NCBI GenBank assembly: GCA_035654055.1
Contig: DASRXW010000090.1
Coordinates: 3,777 to 67,776, forward strand
Length of the DNA stretch: 64,000 nt
Direction: 5' to 3'
Source of the DNA: Conexibacter sp.
GTDB taxonomy: Bacteria; Actinomycetota; Thermoleophilia; Solirubrobacterales; Solirubrobacteraceae
Position 1 is the first letter of the stretch. Every line of letters starts with the position of its first letter. The translations under genes were made by a program, and so were the position numbers. Under the pieces are notes generated by a model, which was given only the letters and a program-made list of their open reading frames with translations, was not told the DNA's origin and did no database searches. Of the stretch, positions 17,949-27,270 are shown in pieces.

Positions 17949-19463
17949 TCAATAAACCTCGGCGAGCACCGTCGCGGACGCCGGCAGCGGCGGCAGCAGC
18001 TCGTGCTCGGCCGGGTCGAAGCGGCGCGTCGCGCGGCGGAACGACCACGACGTTCCGGGCCACAGCGTGGTGTTGCGGCCGTGCGCGTCGAGGTACCAGC
18101 TCGCGCAGCCGCCCTGCGTCCAGACGGTCCCGCGCATCCGCCGCTGGAGCGTCTCGTTGAAGGCCGCCTGCGCGGACGGGCGCGTGTCGAGCGCGGTGGC
18201 GCCGCGCGCGTCCAGCGCACGCAGCGCGTCGAGCACGTAGGCGATCTGCGACTCGATCATGAAGACGATCGAGTTGTGGCCGAGGCCCGTGTTCGGGCCG
18301 ACGAGCATGAAGAGGTTCGGGAAGCCGGCGACGGTCGTGCCGCGCAGCCCCTGCATCCCGCGCTCGCGCCACACGTCGCCCAGCACGCGCCCGTCGCGGC
18401 CGCGCAGCCACTCGACGTACGGCATGTCGGTGACGTGGAAGCCCGTCCCCCAGACGATCGCGTCGGCCGGGTGCTCGACGCCGTCGGCGGTCACGACGCT
18501 CCGCGGCGTGATCTCGGCGATCGCGTCCGTCACCAGCTCGGCGTTCGGCTGCTGGAGCGCCGGGAAGTACTCGTTCGACATCAGGATCCGCTTGCAGCCG
18601 ATCTCGTAGCGCGGCGTGAGCTTGTCGCGCAGGAGCGGGTCGGCGACCTGCTGCTCCAGATGGGCGCGCGCCATGCGCTCCGGGACGCGGCTGAGGCGGT
18701 GGAACCTGAACGGCAGCACGAACGTCTCGCGACCCCAGTACACCGCGCCGCGCACGAGCCGCTGCAGCGGTGGCAGCGCCCGGAAGAGGGCACGCTCGCG
18801 CGGGCGTACGGATCGGCCCGGGTGGGGCATGATCCACGGCGGGGTGCGCTGGAAGAGCGTCAGCTGCTCGACCTGCGGCTGCAGCCGCGGCACGACCTGG
18901 ACCGCGGAGGCGCCGGTGCCGATCACGGCGACGCGCTTGCCGGCGAGGTCGGCGTCGTGGTCCCAGCGGGCGGTGTGGAAGGCCGGTCCCGCGAACGTCT
19001 CCGCCCCGGGGATGTCCGGGATCGACGGCTCGCTGAGGCCGCCCATGCCGGCGACGAGCACCCGGGCGGTGAGCCGGCCGCGCGAGGTCTCGATCCGCCA
19101 GCGCTGGCCCTGCTCGTCCCAGGCGGCGTCATCGACGGCGGTGCCGGTGCGCACGTAGGGGCGCACACCGAAGTCGTCGGCGACCTTGCGCAGGTAGCTC
19201 CAGATCTCCGGCTGGAGCGCGAACGTCTGGCTCCACTCCGCGTTCGGAGCGAACGAGAACGAGTAGAGGTTCGACGGCACGTCGCACTGGCAGCCGGGGT
19301 ACGTGTTCTGCTGCCACGTGCCGCCGACGTCGTCGGCGCGCTCGAGCACGACGAAGTCCGTGCGGCCGGCCTGCCTGAGTCTGATCGCCATGCCGAGACC
19401 GGCGAAGCCGCTGCCGACGATCGCGACGTCGACGTGATCGGGCAGGGCGGTGTCGGTGTCCAT
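17949..19463 (-). CDS. Flavin-containing (Baeyer-Villiger-type) monooxygenase
   Basis: ATG at 19463; GSGFAG, GGTWQQNTYPG, FAGPAFHTARWD fingerprint, GTGASA. Confidence 0.93.
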   Translation of the reverse strand: MDTDTALPDHVDVAIVGSGFAGLGMAIRLRQAGRTDFVVLERADDVGGTWQQNTYPGCQCDVPSNLYSFSFAPNAEWSQTFALQPEIWSYLRKVADDFGVRPYVRTGTAVDDAAWDEQGQRWRIETSRGRLTARVLVAGMGGLSEPSIPDIPGAETFAGPAFHTARWDHDADLAGKRVAVIGTGASAVQVVPRLQPQVEQLTLFQRTPPWIMPHPGRSVRPRERALFRALPPLQRLVRGAVYWGRETFVLPFRFHRLSRVPERMARAHLEQQVADPLLRDKLTPRYEIGCKRILMSNEYFPALQQPNAELVTDAIAEITPRSVVTADGVEHPADAIVWGTGFHVTDMPYVEWLRGRDGRVLGDVWRERGMQGLRGTTVAGFPNLFMLVGPNTGLGHNSIVFMIESQIAYVLDALRALDARGATALDTRPSAQAAFNETLQRRMRGTVWTQGGCASWYLDAHGRNTTLWPGTSWSFRRATRRFDPAEHELLPPLPASATVLAEVY

Positions 19464-19538
19464 GACGGTGCTCGCTCTCGGTCGGCCGGCGCCGGTCGGC
19501 GGCGCTCGTAGAAACGATCTGTTTCCTACTGTACCATC

Positions 19539-20309
19539 ATGTTTATGAGAGTCAACGTTGCGCGCTCCGAGAACCCGAAGGTTTCGCGCTCCGGCGACCG
19601 CAAACGGTCGCCTGCGCGCGACGTCACACCGCGCGACGTCACACCGCGCGACGTCACGCCGCGCTCGCTCCCCCGCGGCCGCCACGCCGCCGCCCGCGAG
19701 GTCGTGCTCGCCTCGCAGCGCGGTCGCCTGCTGGAGGCGATGGCGGCTTGCGTCGCCGACCACGGCTACGCCGCTACGACCGTCGCGCAGGTGATCGCGC
19801 GTGCCGGCGTCTCGCGCAAGACGTTCTACGAGCAGTTCACGGACAAGCGCGCCTGCTTCCTCGCCGCCTGGGAGGTCGGGACCGACATCCTGATCGAGCA
19901 GGTGCTCGCGTCGGGCGCGGAGGCGGACGGCTGGCGCGCGCGGCTGCGCGCGGGCATCGACGCCTTCCTCGACGTCCTCGCCGCCGAGCCCGACTTCGCG
20001 CGCTCGTTCATGATCGAGGTGCTGAGCGTCGGCGAGGAGGCACTCGCGCGCCGCGCCGAGATCCACGAGCGCTTCGCGGCGGTGCTCGCCGGCGTGCATG
20101 CGCAGGCACTCGCGGAGGGCGCCGACCTCGGTCGCGTGCCGCCATGGGCGCTGCGCGCCTCGTCCGGCGCCGCCTGGGAGCTGACCGTCGAGCACCTGCG
20201 CACGCGCGGCGTCGAAGGCCTCGCGGAGCTCGCGCCGCAGATCGAGCGCGTCCAGCTCGCGATCCTCGGCGGGGACTACGCCGACTCGCCGCGGAGTCGG
20301 CACACATGA
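19539..20309 (+). CDS. TetR-family regulator, divergent from the monooxygenase
   Basis: GYAATTVAQVIARAGVSRKTFYEQF HTH. Start uncertain. Confidence 0.9.
   Translation: MFMRVNVARSENPKVSRSGDRKRSPARDVTPRDVTPRDVTPRSLPRGRHAAAREVVLASQRGRLLEAMAACVADHGYAATTVAQVIARAGVSRKTFYEQFTDKRACFLAAWEVGTDILIEQVLASGAEADGWRARLRAGIDAFLDVLAAEPDFARSFMIEVLSVGEEALARRAEIHERFAAVLAGVHAQALAEGADLGRVPPWALRASSGAAWELTVEHLRTRGVEGLAELAPQIERVQLAILGGDYADSPRSRHT
19616..19664 (+). repeat. 15-bp tandem repeat x3 (RDVTP) in the TetR N-terminus
   Basis: GCGCGACGTCACACC x2 plus GCGCGACGTCACGCC. Confidence 0.9.
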
Positions 20310-20360
20310 CGGTGATAGCGCCACTGGTCGAGTGATAGCGTCGGCGCTACCCTCTGCTCT

Positions 20361-20657
20361 GTGAAGCAGCTGATCCTCCGTGTCTCCCCAGACCTCCACC
20401 AACGCATCTCCGCCCGTGCCGCACGGGAGGGCAAGAGCGTGAACGCATGGATCGGCAAGCTGCTCGAGCGCAGCGTCGACGCCGACCTCGGCGATCGCCA
20501 CGCGCGAGCGCGCGCGAAGGCGGCCGAGCTGGGGATCCTGAGCGAGATCGACGCCGAGCCGGTCGACGATGCGACGCGCAGGCAAGTGATGGAGTTCTTG
20601 CGGCCCTACGGCAGAGCGATCATGGCCGAGCTCGAAGCGGATCGGAACAGCCGATGA
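20361..20657 (+). CDS. Ribbon-helix-helix (HicB/Arc-like) antitoxin
   Basis: KQLILRVSPDLHQRISARAAREGKSVN; ATGA overlap with the PIN gene. Confidence 0.8.
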   Translation: MKQLILRVSPDLHQRISARAAREGKSVNAWIGKLLERSVDADLGDRHARARAKAAELGILSEIDAEPVDDATRRQVMEFLRPYGRAIMAELEADRNSR

Positions 20658-21097
20658 TCGTCTACGTCGACTCGTCTTTGCTCACGCGCGCGTACCTCCC
20701 GGACGAAAATGGCCACGGGCCGGCACGCGAACTGCTCGCGAACCGCGGGATCGCACTGGTGACCGGAAGACTCACGCGCATCGAGGTCTCCGGAGCGCTC
20801 TCGCGCGCGGTGAGAGCCGGCCGCCACCCCTCGCGCGAAGCGGCGTTCGCTGCACTCGACAGTGATCTCGGACCCGGCGGCCGGGTGGTCGAGCTCAACC
20901 CTCCGGCACACAGCGTCGAGCAGGCCGCGCTGGCGCTCGTCCGCGAGCACGGGCTGCGCACGCTCGACGCGCTGCATCTTGCCGTCGCCTCGATCGTGAT
21001 CCCGCAGCTCGCCGACAAGGGCGAGCCGATCGGGTTCGCGTCGCGCGACGGAGATCAGGCGACGGTCGCGGAGTCGCTCGGCTTCGCAGCCGTCTGA
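20654..21097 (+). CDS. vapC: PIN-domain VapC toxin
   Basis: MIVYVDSS, TRIE, LRTLDALHLA, SRD acidic residues. Confidence 0.88.
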   Translation: MIVYVDSSLLTRAYLPDENGHGPARELLANRGIALVTGRLTRIEVSGALSRAVRAGRHPSREAAFAALDSDLGPGGRVVELNPPAHSVEQAALALVREHGLRTLDALHLAVASIVIPQLADKGEPIGFASRDGDQATVAESLGFAAV

Positions 21098-22059
21098 GCG
21101 CCGGCCTCGACGGCGTCGGGCGCTGCGGCTGCGCGACGTGCGTCGCGCCGCTCCGCGACCACCGAGGCGAGCGCGGCCGCCGCGAGCGCCGCCACGATCG
21201 CGACGAGCGAGAGCGCGATCGGCGGGTGCCAGACGTCGACCAGCAGCAGCTTCGCGGCGACGAAGCCGAGGATCGCCGCGAGCCCGAGATTGAGGTGGCG
21301 GAAGCGGTCGAGCATCCCGTCGAGCAGGAAGAACAGCGACACCATCCCGAGCAGCGAGAACGCGTTCGCGGCGAAGACGACGAACGTGTCGCGCGTGATC
21401 GCGAAGATCGCCGGGATCGAGTCGATCGCGAACATCACGTCGAACGCGGCGACCATCGCGAGCGCCGCGAGCAGCGGCGTCGCGAGCCGCTTCCCGGTCT
21501 CGGCTCCCCCCTCGCCACCGCTGCGCGTGAGCAGCCGGTCGCCGTCGTAGTCGGCCGACAGCGGCACGACGCGCCGCAGCGCGCGCATCGCGAGCGTGTG
21601 GTCGGGGTCGATCTGCTCGTCCGTCTGGCGCGCGATCTTGACCGCCGTGAAGGCGAGCAGCGCGCCGAGCACGTACGTCGTCGCGTGGAACGCGTCGAGC
21701 GCGGCGGCGCCCACGAGGATGAACGCCGTGCGCAGCACGATCGCGCCGGCGATCCCCCACACGAGCACCTTCAGCCGCTCGGCCTGCGGGACCTGGAAGA
21801 ACGCGAACAGGACCGCGAACACGAACAGGTTGTCGAGCGACAGCGACTTCTCGATCAGGAAGCCGGCGAGGTACGCGCTCGCCGCCGCGCCGTCCTGCAC
21901 GAGCAGCACGACGAGCGCGAAGGCGGCGCCGATCGCCGTCCAGGCGAGCGACCAGCCGAGCGCGGTGCGCGTCGACATCTTCGTGCCGCCGTGGCCGCGC
22001 AGGTCGAGCGCGAGGGCGATCGCGACGAACGCAGCGAGGGCGATCCAGGCGAGCAGCAT
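21055..22059 (-). CDS. TerC/Alx-family membrane protein (Mn homeostasis)
   Basis: ATG at 22059; EKSLSLDNLFVF, DVMFAIDSIPAIFAIT. Confidence 0.92.
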   Translation of the reverse strand: MLLAWIALAAFVAIALALDLRGHGGTKMSTRTALGWSLAWTAIGAAFALVVLLVQDGAAASAYLAGFLIEKSLSLDNLFVFAVLFAFFQVPQAERLKVLVWGIAGAIVLRTAFILVGAAALDAFHATTYVLGALLAFTAVKIARQTDEQIDPDHTLAMRALRRVVPLSADYDGDRLLTRSGGEGGAETGKRLATPLLAALAMVAAFDVMFAIDSIPAIFAITRDTFVVFAANAFSLLGMVSLFFLLDGMLDRFRHLNLGLAAILGFVAAKLLLVDVWHPPIALSLVAIVAALAAAALASVVAERRDARRAAAAPDAVEAGAQTAAKPSDSATVA

Positions 22060-22087
22060 GTGGGCTCCTTCGAGAACGATGGGTGTC

Positions 22088-22198
22088 TCGAAGGTTTGAC
22101 CCGCCGGGCCTGCTGGGCCGGCCGGCGCGCCGGGCCCGGCCTCCGCGGCCGAGCCGTGCTGACGAACGCGCCGTCTCGCAGGGCTACTTCCCTTCCGA
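22088..22198 (-). ncRNA. yybP-ykoY (Mn2+) riboswitch
   Basis: Minus strand GAAGGGAAGTAGC...CGTCAGCAC...GGTCAAACCTTC; the downstream TTCGAGA/TCTCGAAGG pairing can cover the RBS; sits before terC/alx, the usual context. Confidence 0.72.
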
Positions 22199-22271
22199 GC
22201 GACGGACGATAGCGGGTGCGCGGGCTGAGCCGGCCTTGCGGCTGAGGCGGGCGCGCGGGCGCCCGCCGCGC

Positions 22272-23042
22272 TCAGAGCGTCGGCAGCGGCTCGATTCCGT
22301 GCGCGCGCATGCCACGCTCGACCGCGTCGATCACCGTCTCGATCACCGCCACGCGCGCGAAGCCCTTCGACTCGGCCGCGATCAGCCGCCACGGCGCCGG
22401 CGGCTGGTCGGTGCGCGCGAGCATCGCCTCGACGGCCTCCTCGTACTGCGGACGCTGCCCGCGGTTGAGCCAGTCCTCGTCCGTCAGCTTCCAGCGCCGC
22501 AGCGGGTCGCGCTCGCGCTTCCGGAAGCGCCGCAGCTGCTCCTCGTCGGAGATCTCGAGCCACAGCTTCACGAGCACGGTCCCGTCCCCGGCGAGCATGC
22601 GCTCGAACGCCACGATGTCGTCGTAGGCGCGCATCCACTCGGCCTCGGTCGCCAGCCCGCGCACGCGCTCGACGAGCACGCGCCCGTACCACGAGCGGTC
22701 GAGCACGGCCATCCCGCCCCAGCCGGGCAGCACCGGCCAGAAGCGCGCGAGGAAGTGATGGCGCTTCTCGTCCTCGGTCGGCGCCGCGAACTGCGCGACG
22801 CGCACGTGGCGAGGGTCGAGCGAGGCGACGAGCCGCTTGATCGCGCCGCCCTTGCCCGACGCGTCCCAGCCCTCGAACAGCACGAGCAGCGGCGGGCCGA
22901 GCCGCCCGTCCCCGATCAGCCCGCCGAGCTGGAGGCGCAGCGTCAGCAGCCGCCGCTGGGCCGCGGCGAGGCGTGCCTCCGCCTCCTTGCCGCTCAACGA
23001 CTGCGTCAGGTCGACTTCGCCGAGGCGTCCGCCGCGCGCCAT
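22272..23042 (-). CDS. ppk2: Polyphosphate kinase 2 family (single domain)
   Basis: FEGWDASGKGG, DRSWYGRVLVERV, WKLTDED. Confidence 0.92.
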   Translation of the reverse strand: MARGGRLGEVDLTQSLSGKEAEARLAAAQRRLLTLRLQLGGLIGDGRLGPPLLVLFEGWDASGKGGAIKRLVASLDPRHVRVAQFAAPTEDEKRHHFLARFWPVLPGWGGMAVLDRSWYGRVLVERVRGLATEAEWMRAYDDIVAFERMLAGDGTVLVKLWLEISDEEQLRRFRKRERDPLRRWKLTDEDWLNRGQRPQYEEAVEAMLARTDQPPAPWRLIAAESKGFARVAVIETVIDAVERGMRAHGIEPLPTL

Positions 23043-23800
23043 GGCGGGACGATAACGCCGGTGCCCTCGACGACGAGCAGCGCCAGCGCGACGGGCACGG
23101 TGGCGGGCAGACGGTCGGCGACCAGGAACACGAGCCCCGCGGCGAGCGCGAAGCACAGCGTCAGCAGCGCCACCCAGCGCCGCGTGCGCACCCTGGTCGC
23201 CAGCAGCGCGCCGACGAGCGCCGGCAGGAACAGGTCCGCGTAGCCCATCGTCAGCGGCCCGAGCTCGACGCGCTGGAGCTGCGGCAGCGATTCCGTCACC
23301 CCTGCGCTGTTGAGCGCGATGCTGGCGGGCGTGAGCAGGCCGCTCGCGACGAGCACGAGGTCGACGGCCGCGGTCGCGGCGATCCCGGCGCCCAGCCAGC
23401 GCGGCGGCGTGACTTCGACGAGCAGCGCGCCGAGCACCATGCAGCTGGCCGCGATCAGCCCGAGCGCGGCGACCTGGCCGGCGAGCGATTGGTTGCTGTG
23501 CAGCGTCACGACGACCATCGCGACGACGAGCGCGAGCGCCACCAAGCCGGTGCGCGCGGCCGCGATCAGCGCGAGCAGCGGGACGCCGAGCAGCGCGATC
23601 TCGGCGAGCGTGGCGGCCCCGGCCGGCGCCGCACGCAGCCAGAAGACGACGCCGACGAGCGCGAGCAGCGGCAGCGCGGCGAACAGCGGATGTCGCAGCG
23701 CGCGCAGCCACGGCGGAACACAGCGCACGCCGCCGCGGGCGACGAGCGCCGCCTGCGTCATCGAGCCGCCCGCGTAGGCGGCGATCAGCTCAGCGCTCAC
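23006..23800 (-). CDS. Multi-pass membrane protein with presenilin/GxGD-like motifs
   Basis: About 8 hydrophobic segments; AAVDLV, MGYADLF, LPAT. Start uncertain (23761, 23800 or 23890). Confidence 0.6.
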   Translation of the reverse strand: MSAELIAAYAGGSMTQAALVARGGVRCVPPWLRALRHPLFAALPLLALVGVVFWLRAAPAGAATLAEIALLGVPLLALIAAARTGLVALALVVAMVVVTLHSNQSLAGQVAALGLIAASCMVLGALLVEVTPPRWLGAGIAATAAVDLVLVASGLLTPASIALNSAGVTESLPQLQRVELGPLTMGYADLFLPALVGALLATRVRTRRWVALLTLCFALAAGLVFLVADRLPATVPVALALLVVEGTGVIVPPWRAADASAKST

Positions 23801-23905
23801 CGAGGCGCTGCCGCGGATGTCTGCTGCATGACAAAAGGTGTGCCCGTCGCGGCTTAGAGGAGGCTTAACGGGAGAGGAGGGTTGCTGCATATGTGGGCCA
23901 TCCGG

Positions 23906-23925
23906 TATAGTTGCTCATGCAACTA
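23906..23925 (+). promoter_or_regulatory. -10 box with an overlapping perfect palindromic operator
   Basis: TATAGT at 23906-23911; TAGTTGC-TCAT-GCAACTA at 23908-23925. Confidence 0.7.
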
Positions 23926-24843
23926 ATGGCCGATCTGTCTCCCGCAACCGTGCTCGGTCCCGTCCGGCTCACCGTCGCCGACGTGGTTGGCGCGACCGCG
24001 TTCTATGAGCGCACGGTCGGGCTGCGGCGGCTCGGCGAGGCGACCGACGACGGCGTCGTGCGGCTGGGTGCCGGTGACGATCCCGCCCGCCCGGCGCTCG
24101 TCGAGCTGGTCGGCGACGCAAGCGCCCCGCCGCGGGCGCGCCATGCGAGCGGCCTCTTCCACCTCGCGCTGCTCGTGCCCGACCGCCCGAGCCTCGCGCA
24201 GGCGCTGCGGCGCGTCGTGGGTGGGCGGGAGCGGGTCCGGCTCGACGGTGCCTCCGACCACCTCGTCAGCGAGGCGCTCTACCTCTCCGACCCGGAGGGG
24301 AACGGGATCGAGCTCTACCGCGACCGCCCGCGCGAGACGTGGCGCCGCGACGAGGACGGCCAGCTGGCGATGGCGACGCTGCCGCTCGACCTCGAGGATC
24401 TCGTCGGCGAGCTGGCCGACGGCTCCGGCGCGACGGCGCGGGAGCTGCTCGCAGCGCCCGCCGAGGATCCCGGCATGCCGGCCGACACGACCGTCGGCCA
24501 CGTCCACCTGCAGGTCGCCGACCTCGCCGCCGCGGAGGCGTTCTACGCCGGCGGGCTCGGCTTCGACGTGATGGTGCGCGGCTACCCGGGCGCGCTGTTC
24601 GTCGCCGCGGGCGGCTACCACCACCACGTCGGCCTCAACACGTGGGCGAGCGCCGGCGGCCCGCCCGCCGACCCCGCCGCGCGCGGCCTGCGCGACTTCA
24701 CGATCGCGCTGCCGAGCGCCGACGAGCGCGATCGGATCGCGCACCGCGTCGCGGACGCCGGCTACGCGGTGCGCGAGGAGGGCGGCGACGTCGCGGTGAC
24801 CGATCCGTTCGGCATCGCCGTGCGGCTGACCGCGCACGCGTAG
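23926..24843 (+). CDS. VOC/glyoxalase family, CatE-like dioxygenase
   Basis: GLFHLALL, DHLVSEALYLSDPEGNGIELYRDRP, GHVHLQV, GGYHHHVGLNTW. Confidence 0.9.
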   Translation: MADLSPATVLGPVRLTVADVVGATAFYERTVGLRRLGEATDDGVVRLGAGDDPARPALVELVGDASAPPRARHASGLFHLALLVPDRPSLAQALRRVVGGRERVRLDGASDHLVSEALYLSDPEGNGIELYRDRPRETWRRDEDGQLAMATLPLDLEDLVGELADGSGATARELLAAPAEDPGMPADTTVGHVHLQVADLAAAEAFYAGGLGFDVMVRGYPGALFVAAGGYHHHVGLNTWASAGGPPADPAARGLRDFTIALPSADERDRIAHRVADAGYAVREEGGDVAVTDPFGIAVRLTAHA

Positions 24844-24958
24844 CGCCGCCGCCGGCGCCACCGCAGATCCGCTGACATTCCTGCGCCGCTTTGCGGGTGA
24901 CCGTGGGCGCGATGGCTTAATCGGGCATTACGTTCCCCACTACCCTCCGGTACGGCAC

Positions 24959-26176
24959 ATGGGATCTCCGAGACATCTGTGGACGGGCGGCTGGCGCGAC
25001 GAGTCCGAGCGGGCGCGCGATGCCGCTGCCGACAGCGCCGAGCTGCGCCGTCCTCCCCAGCCGGCCGCCGTTGCACCAGCGCCCGCCCCGGCCGAACCGG
25101 CCGAGCGGGGCGGGCGGACCGGATCTTCGCGCCGGCTCACGCTGCTGCTGGGCCTCGCGCTCGCGGCGGCCGCGATCGCCGGCGGCGCGTTCTCGGCCGG
25201 GATGCTGCTCGACGGCGGCGGCAGCAGCGGCCCCGCGCCGCTGCCGGCGGTCGCGAGCGAACCGATCAAGCCGCACAGAGGCCAGACGCGCGCAGGCGCG
25301 ATCTACGCGGCCGCGAGCCCGGCCGTCGTCTCGATCCGCACCAACAGCGGCGAGGGCACCGGCTTCCTGATCGAGCACGGCGGCACGCTCGTCACGAACG
25401 CGCACGTCGTCGGCACCAGCACGCACGTGCTCGTGCGCTTCGGCCAGGACGGCGCCTCGCTCGACGGCGACGTCCTCGGCGTCGACGCCTCCAGCGACCT
25501 CGCGGTCGTCGCGGTCGACCCCGCGCAGGTCCCGAGAGGCGCGAAGGCGCTCAGATTCGCCGACTCGCGCGCGGTGCAGGTCGGCGACCTCGCCGTCGCG
25601 ATCGGCAATCCGTTCGGGCTCGACCGCACCGCCACCGAGGGGATCGTGTCCGGCCTCGGGCGCTCGATCCAGTCGCCCAACGGCTTCGCGATCGACGACG
25701 TGATCCAGACCGACGCGCCGATCAACCCCGGCAACTCGGGCGGCCCGCTGCTCGACGACGGCGGCAACGTGATCGGCGTCAACTCGCAGATCGCGACGGC
25801 CGGCGTGGCCGGCAACATCGGCATCGGCTTCGCCGTCCCGTCGAACACCGTGCGCCAGATCGTGCCGCAGCTCGAGAAGGGCGAGCCGATCGCGCGGCCG
25901 TGGCTCGGCGTCACGACGACGCCCGCCTCGCCCACGCATCCGGACGGGGCGCAGGTCGCCGACGTCGTCCCCGGCGGCCCGGCGGCGCGGGCCGGCGTCC
26001 AGAGAGGCGACGTGATCAAGCGCATCGCCGGAAGCGTCGTGCTGGGCCCGCAGGACGTCGCGCAGGCGATAGGACGCGACAAGCCCGGCGACAAGGCCGA
26101 CGTGGTCGTCGACCGCGGCGGCCACACGCAGACGCTGCACGCGACGCTCGGGAAGCGACCCGCGCGCATCCCGTGA
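24959..26176 (+). CDS. HtrA/DegP-like serine protease with PDZ domain
   Basis: TM helix, TNAHVV, DLAV, INPGNSGGP, C-terminal PDZ. Confidence 0.93.
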   Translation: MGSPRHLWTGGWRDESERARDAAADSAELRRPPQPAAVAPAPAPAEPAERGGRTGSSRRLTLLLGLALAAAAIAGGAFSAGMLLDGGGSSGPAPLPAVASEPIKPHRGQTRAGAIYAAASPAVVSIRTNSGEGTGFLIEHGGTLVTNAHVVGTSTHVLVRFGQDGASLDGDVLGVDASSDLAVVAVDPAQVPRGAKALRFADSRAVQVGDLAVAIGNPFGLDRTATEGIVSGLGRSIQSPNGFAIDDVIQTDAPINPGNSGGPLLDDGGNVIGVNSQIATAGVAGNIGIGFAVPSNTVRQIVPQLEKGEPIARPWLGVTTTPASPTHPDGAQVADVVPGGPAARAGVQRGDVIKRIAGSVVLGPQDVAQAIGRDKPGDKADVVVDRGGHTQTLHATLGKRPARIP

Positions 26177-26304
26177 TCTGGTCGGCGCATCGCCGTGGCT
26201 GGCAAGGACGCAGGGAGCGTGGCCTGCTTCGCAGGCGAGCGACCGAGGACGTCGACCAACGGCTTCGCCGTCGGTGCCCGCCCGGCGAGGTGCTGACCAG
26301 ATGA
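26173..26304 (+). repeat. Interspersed hairpin element, copy 1, with a bridging mini-ORF (43 aa)
   Basis: Near-identical to 29264-29398; termini ATCTGGTCGGCGC/GTGCTGACCAGAT pair with G-U; GTGA at the left end and ATGA at the right end. Confidence 0.85.
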
Positions 26305-27260
26305 GCTTCGCCGCTCCGCTCGTCCTGCTCGCGCTGCTCGCGCTTCCGCTGCTGCTGCTGTGGTACGTCCAGCAGCAGCGCGTCCGGCGGTCCGCCGCGG
26401 CGGCGTTCGCGGCGCCGCGGCTGCAGCCGTCGGTCGCGCCGCGCCGCCCGCGCTGGCGCCGCCACCTGCCGATGCTCGCGTTCGCGCTCGCGCTCGCGCT
26501 GCTCGTGCTCGCCGCGGCGCGCCCGCAGCGGACCGTGGCGATCCCGATCGAGCGCGCCTCGATCATGCTCGCGACCGACGTCTCCGGCTCGATGCTGGCG
26601 ACCGACGTGCAGCCGAACCGGCTGATCGCCGCGAAGCGCGCGGCGCGCAGCTTCGTCGACCGCGTCCCGGCCGGCGTGAACGTCGGCGTGCTCGCCTTCA
26701 ACACCCAGGCGACCGTGCTGCAGAGCCCGACGCGCAGCCGTGCCGACGCGCGCGCCGCGATCGACCGCATGGCGGTCAGCGGCGGCACCGCGACCGGCGA
26801 GGCGATCGCGAGCGCGTTGACCGCGCTGCGCAACGTCCCCGGCGAGGGCGGCAGACACCTGCCGGCGGCGATCGTGATGATCTCCGACGGGGGCTCGACG
26901 TCCGGCCGCGACCCGCTCGCGACCGCCCGCGAGGCGGCGAGCCTGCACGTCCCGATCTACACGGTCGCGCTCGGCACCGACCAGGGCACGATCCGCGTGC
27001 CCGACGGCAACGGCGGGATGCGGGTCGTGCGCGTCCCGCCCGATCCGCAGTCGCTCGCGGCGATCGCGCACGCGTCCGGTGGCGAGGCGTTCACGGCCGC
27101 GACGACCGACGGCCTCAGCGCCGTCTACGGGCGGCTCGGCTCGCAGCTCGGCCACCGCGCCGAGCACCGCCAGGTGACGACGGCGTTCGCGGCCGGCGGC
27201 CTCGTCCTGCTGCTGGCCGGCGCCGGCATGTCGCTGCGCTGGTTCGGCCGCCTGATCTGA
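26301..27260 (+). CDS. vWA-domain membrane protein (BatA-like)
   Basis: MSFAAP N-terminus; MIDAS DVSGS, GGTATG, ISDG; C-terminal TM. Confidence 0.92.
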   Translation: MSFAAPLVLLALLALPLLLLWYVQQQRVRRSAAAAFAAPRLQPSVAPRRPRWRRHLPMLAFALALALLVLAAARPQRTVAIPIERASIMLATDVSGSMLATDVQPNRLIAAKRAARSFVDRVPAGVNVGVLAFNTQATVLQSPTRSRADARAAIDRMAVSGGTATGEAIASALTALRNVPGEGGRHLPAAIVMISDGGSTSGRDPLATAREAASLHVPIYTVALGTDQGTIRVPDGNGGMRVVRVPPDPQSLAAIAHASGGEAFTAATTDGLSAVYGRLGSQLGHRAEHRQVTTAFAAGGLVLLLAGAGMSLRWFGRLI

Positions 27261-27270
27261 CTTCAGTCCA

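Noticed and set aside
17949-20309. Monooxygenase and TetR as part of the amino-acid cluster
   Set aside because: A common self-contained divergent pair, and the cluster has its own promoter in between. A link cannot be excluded without synteny data.
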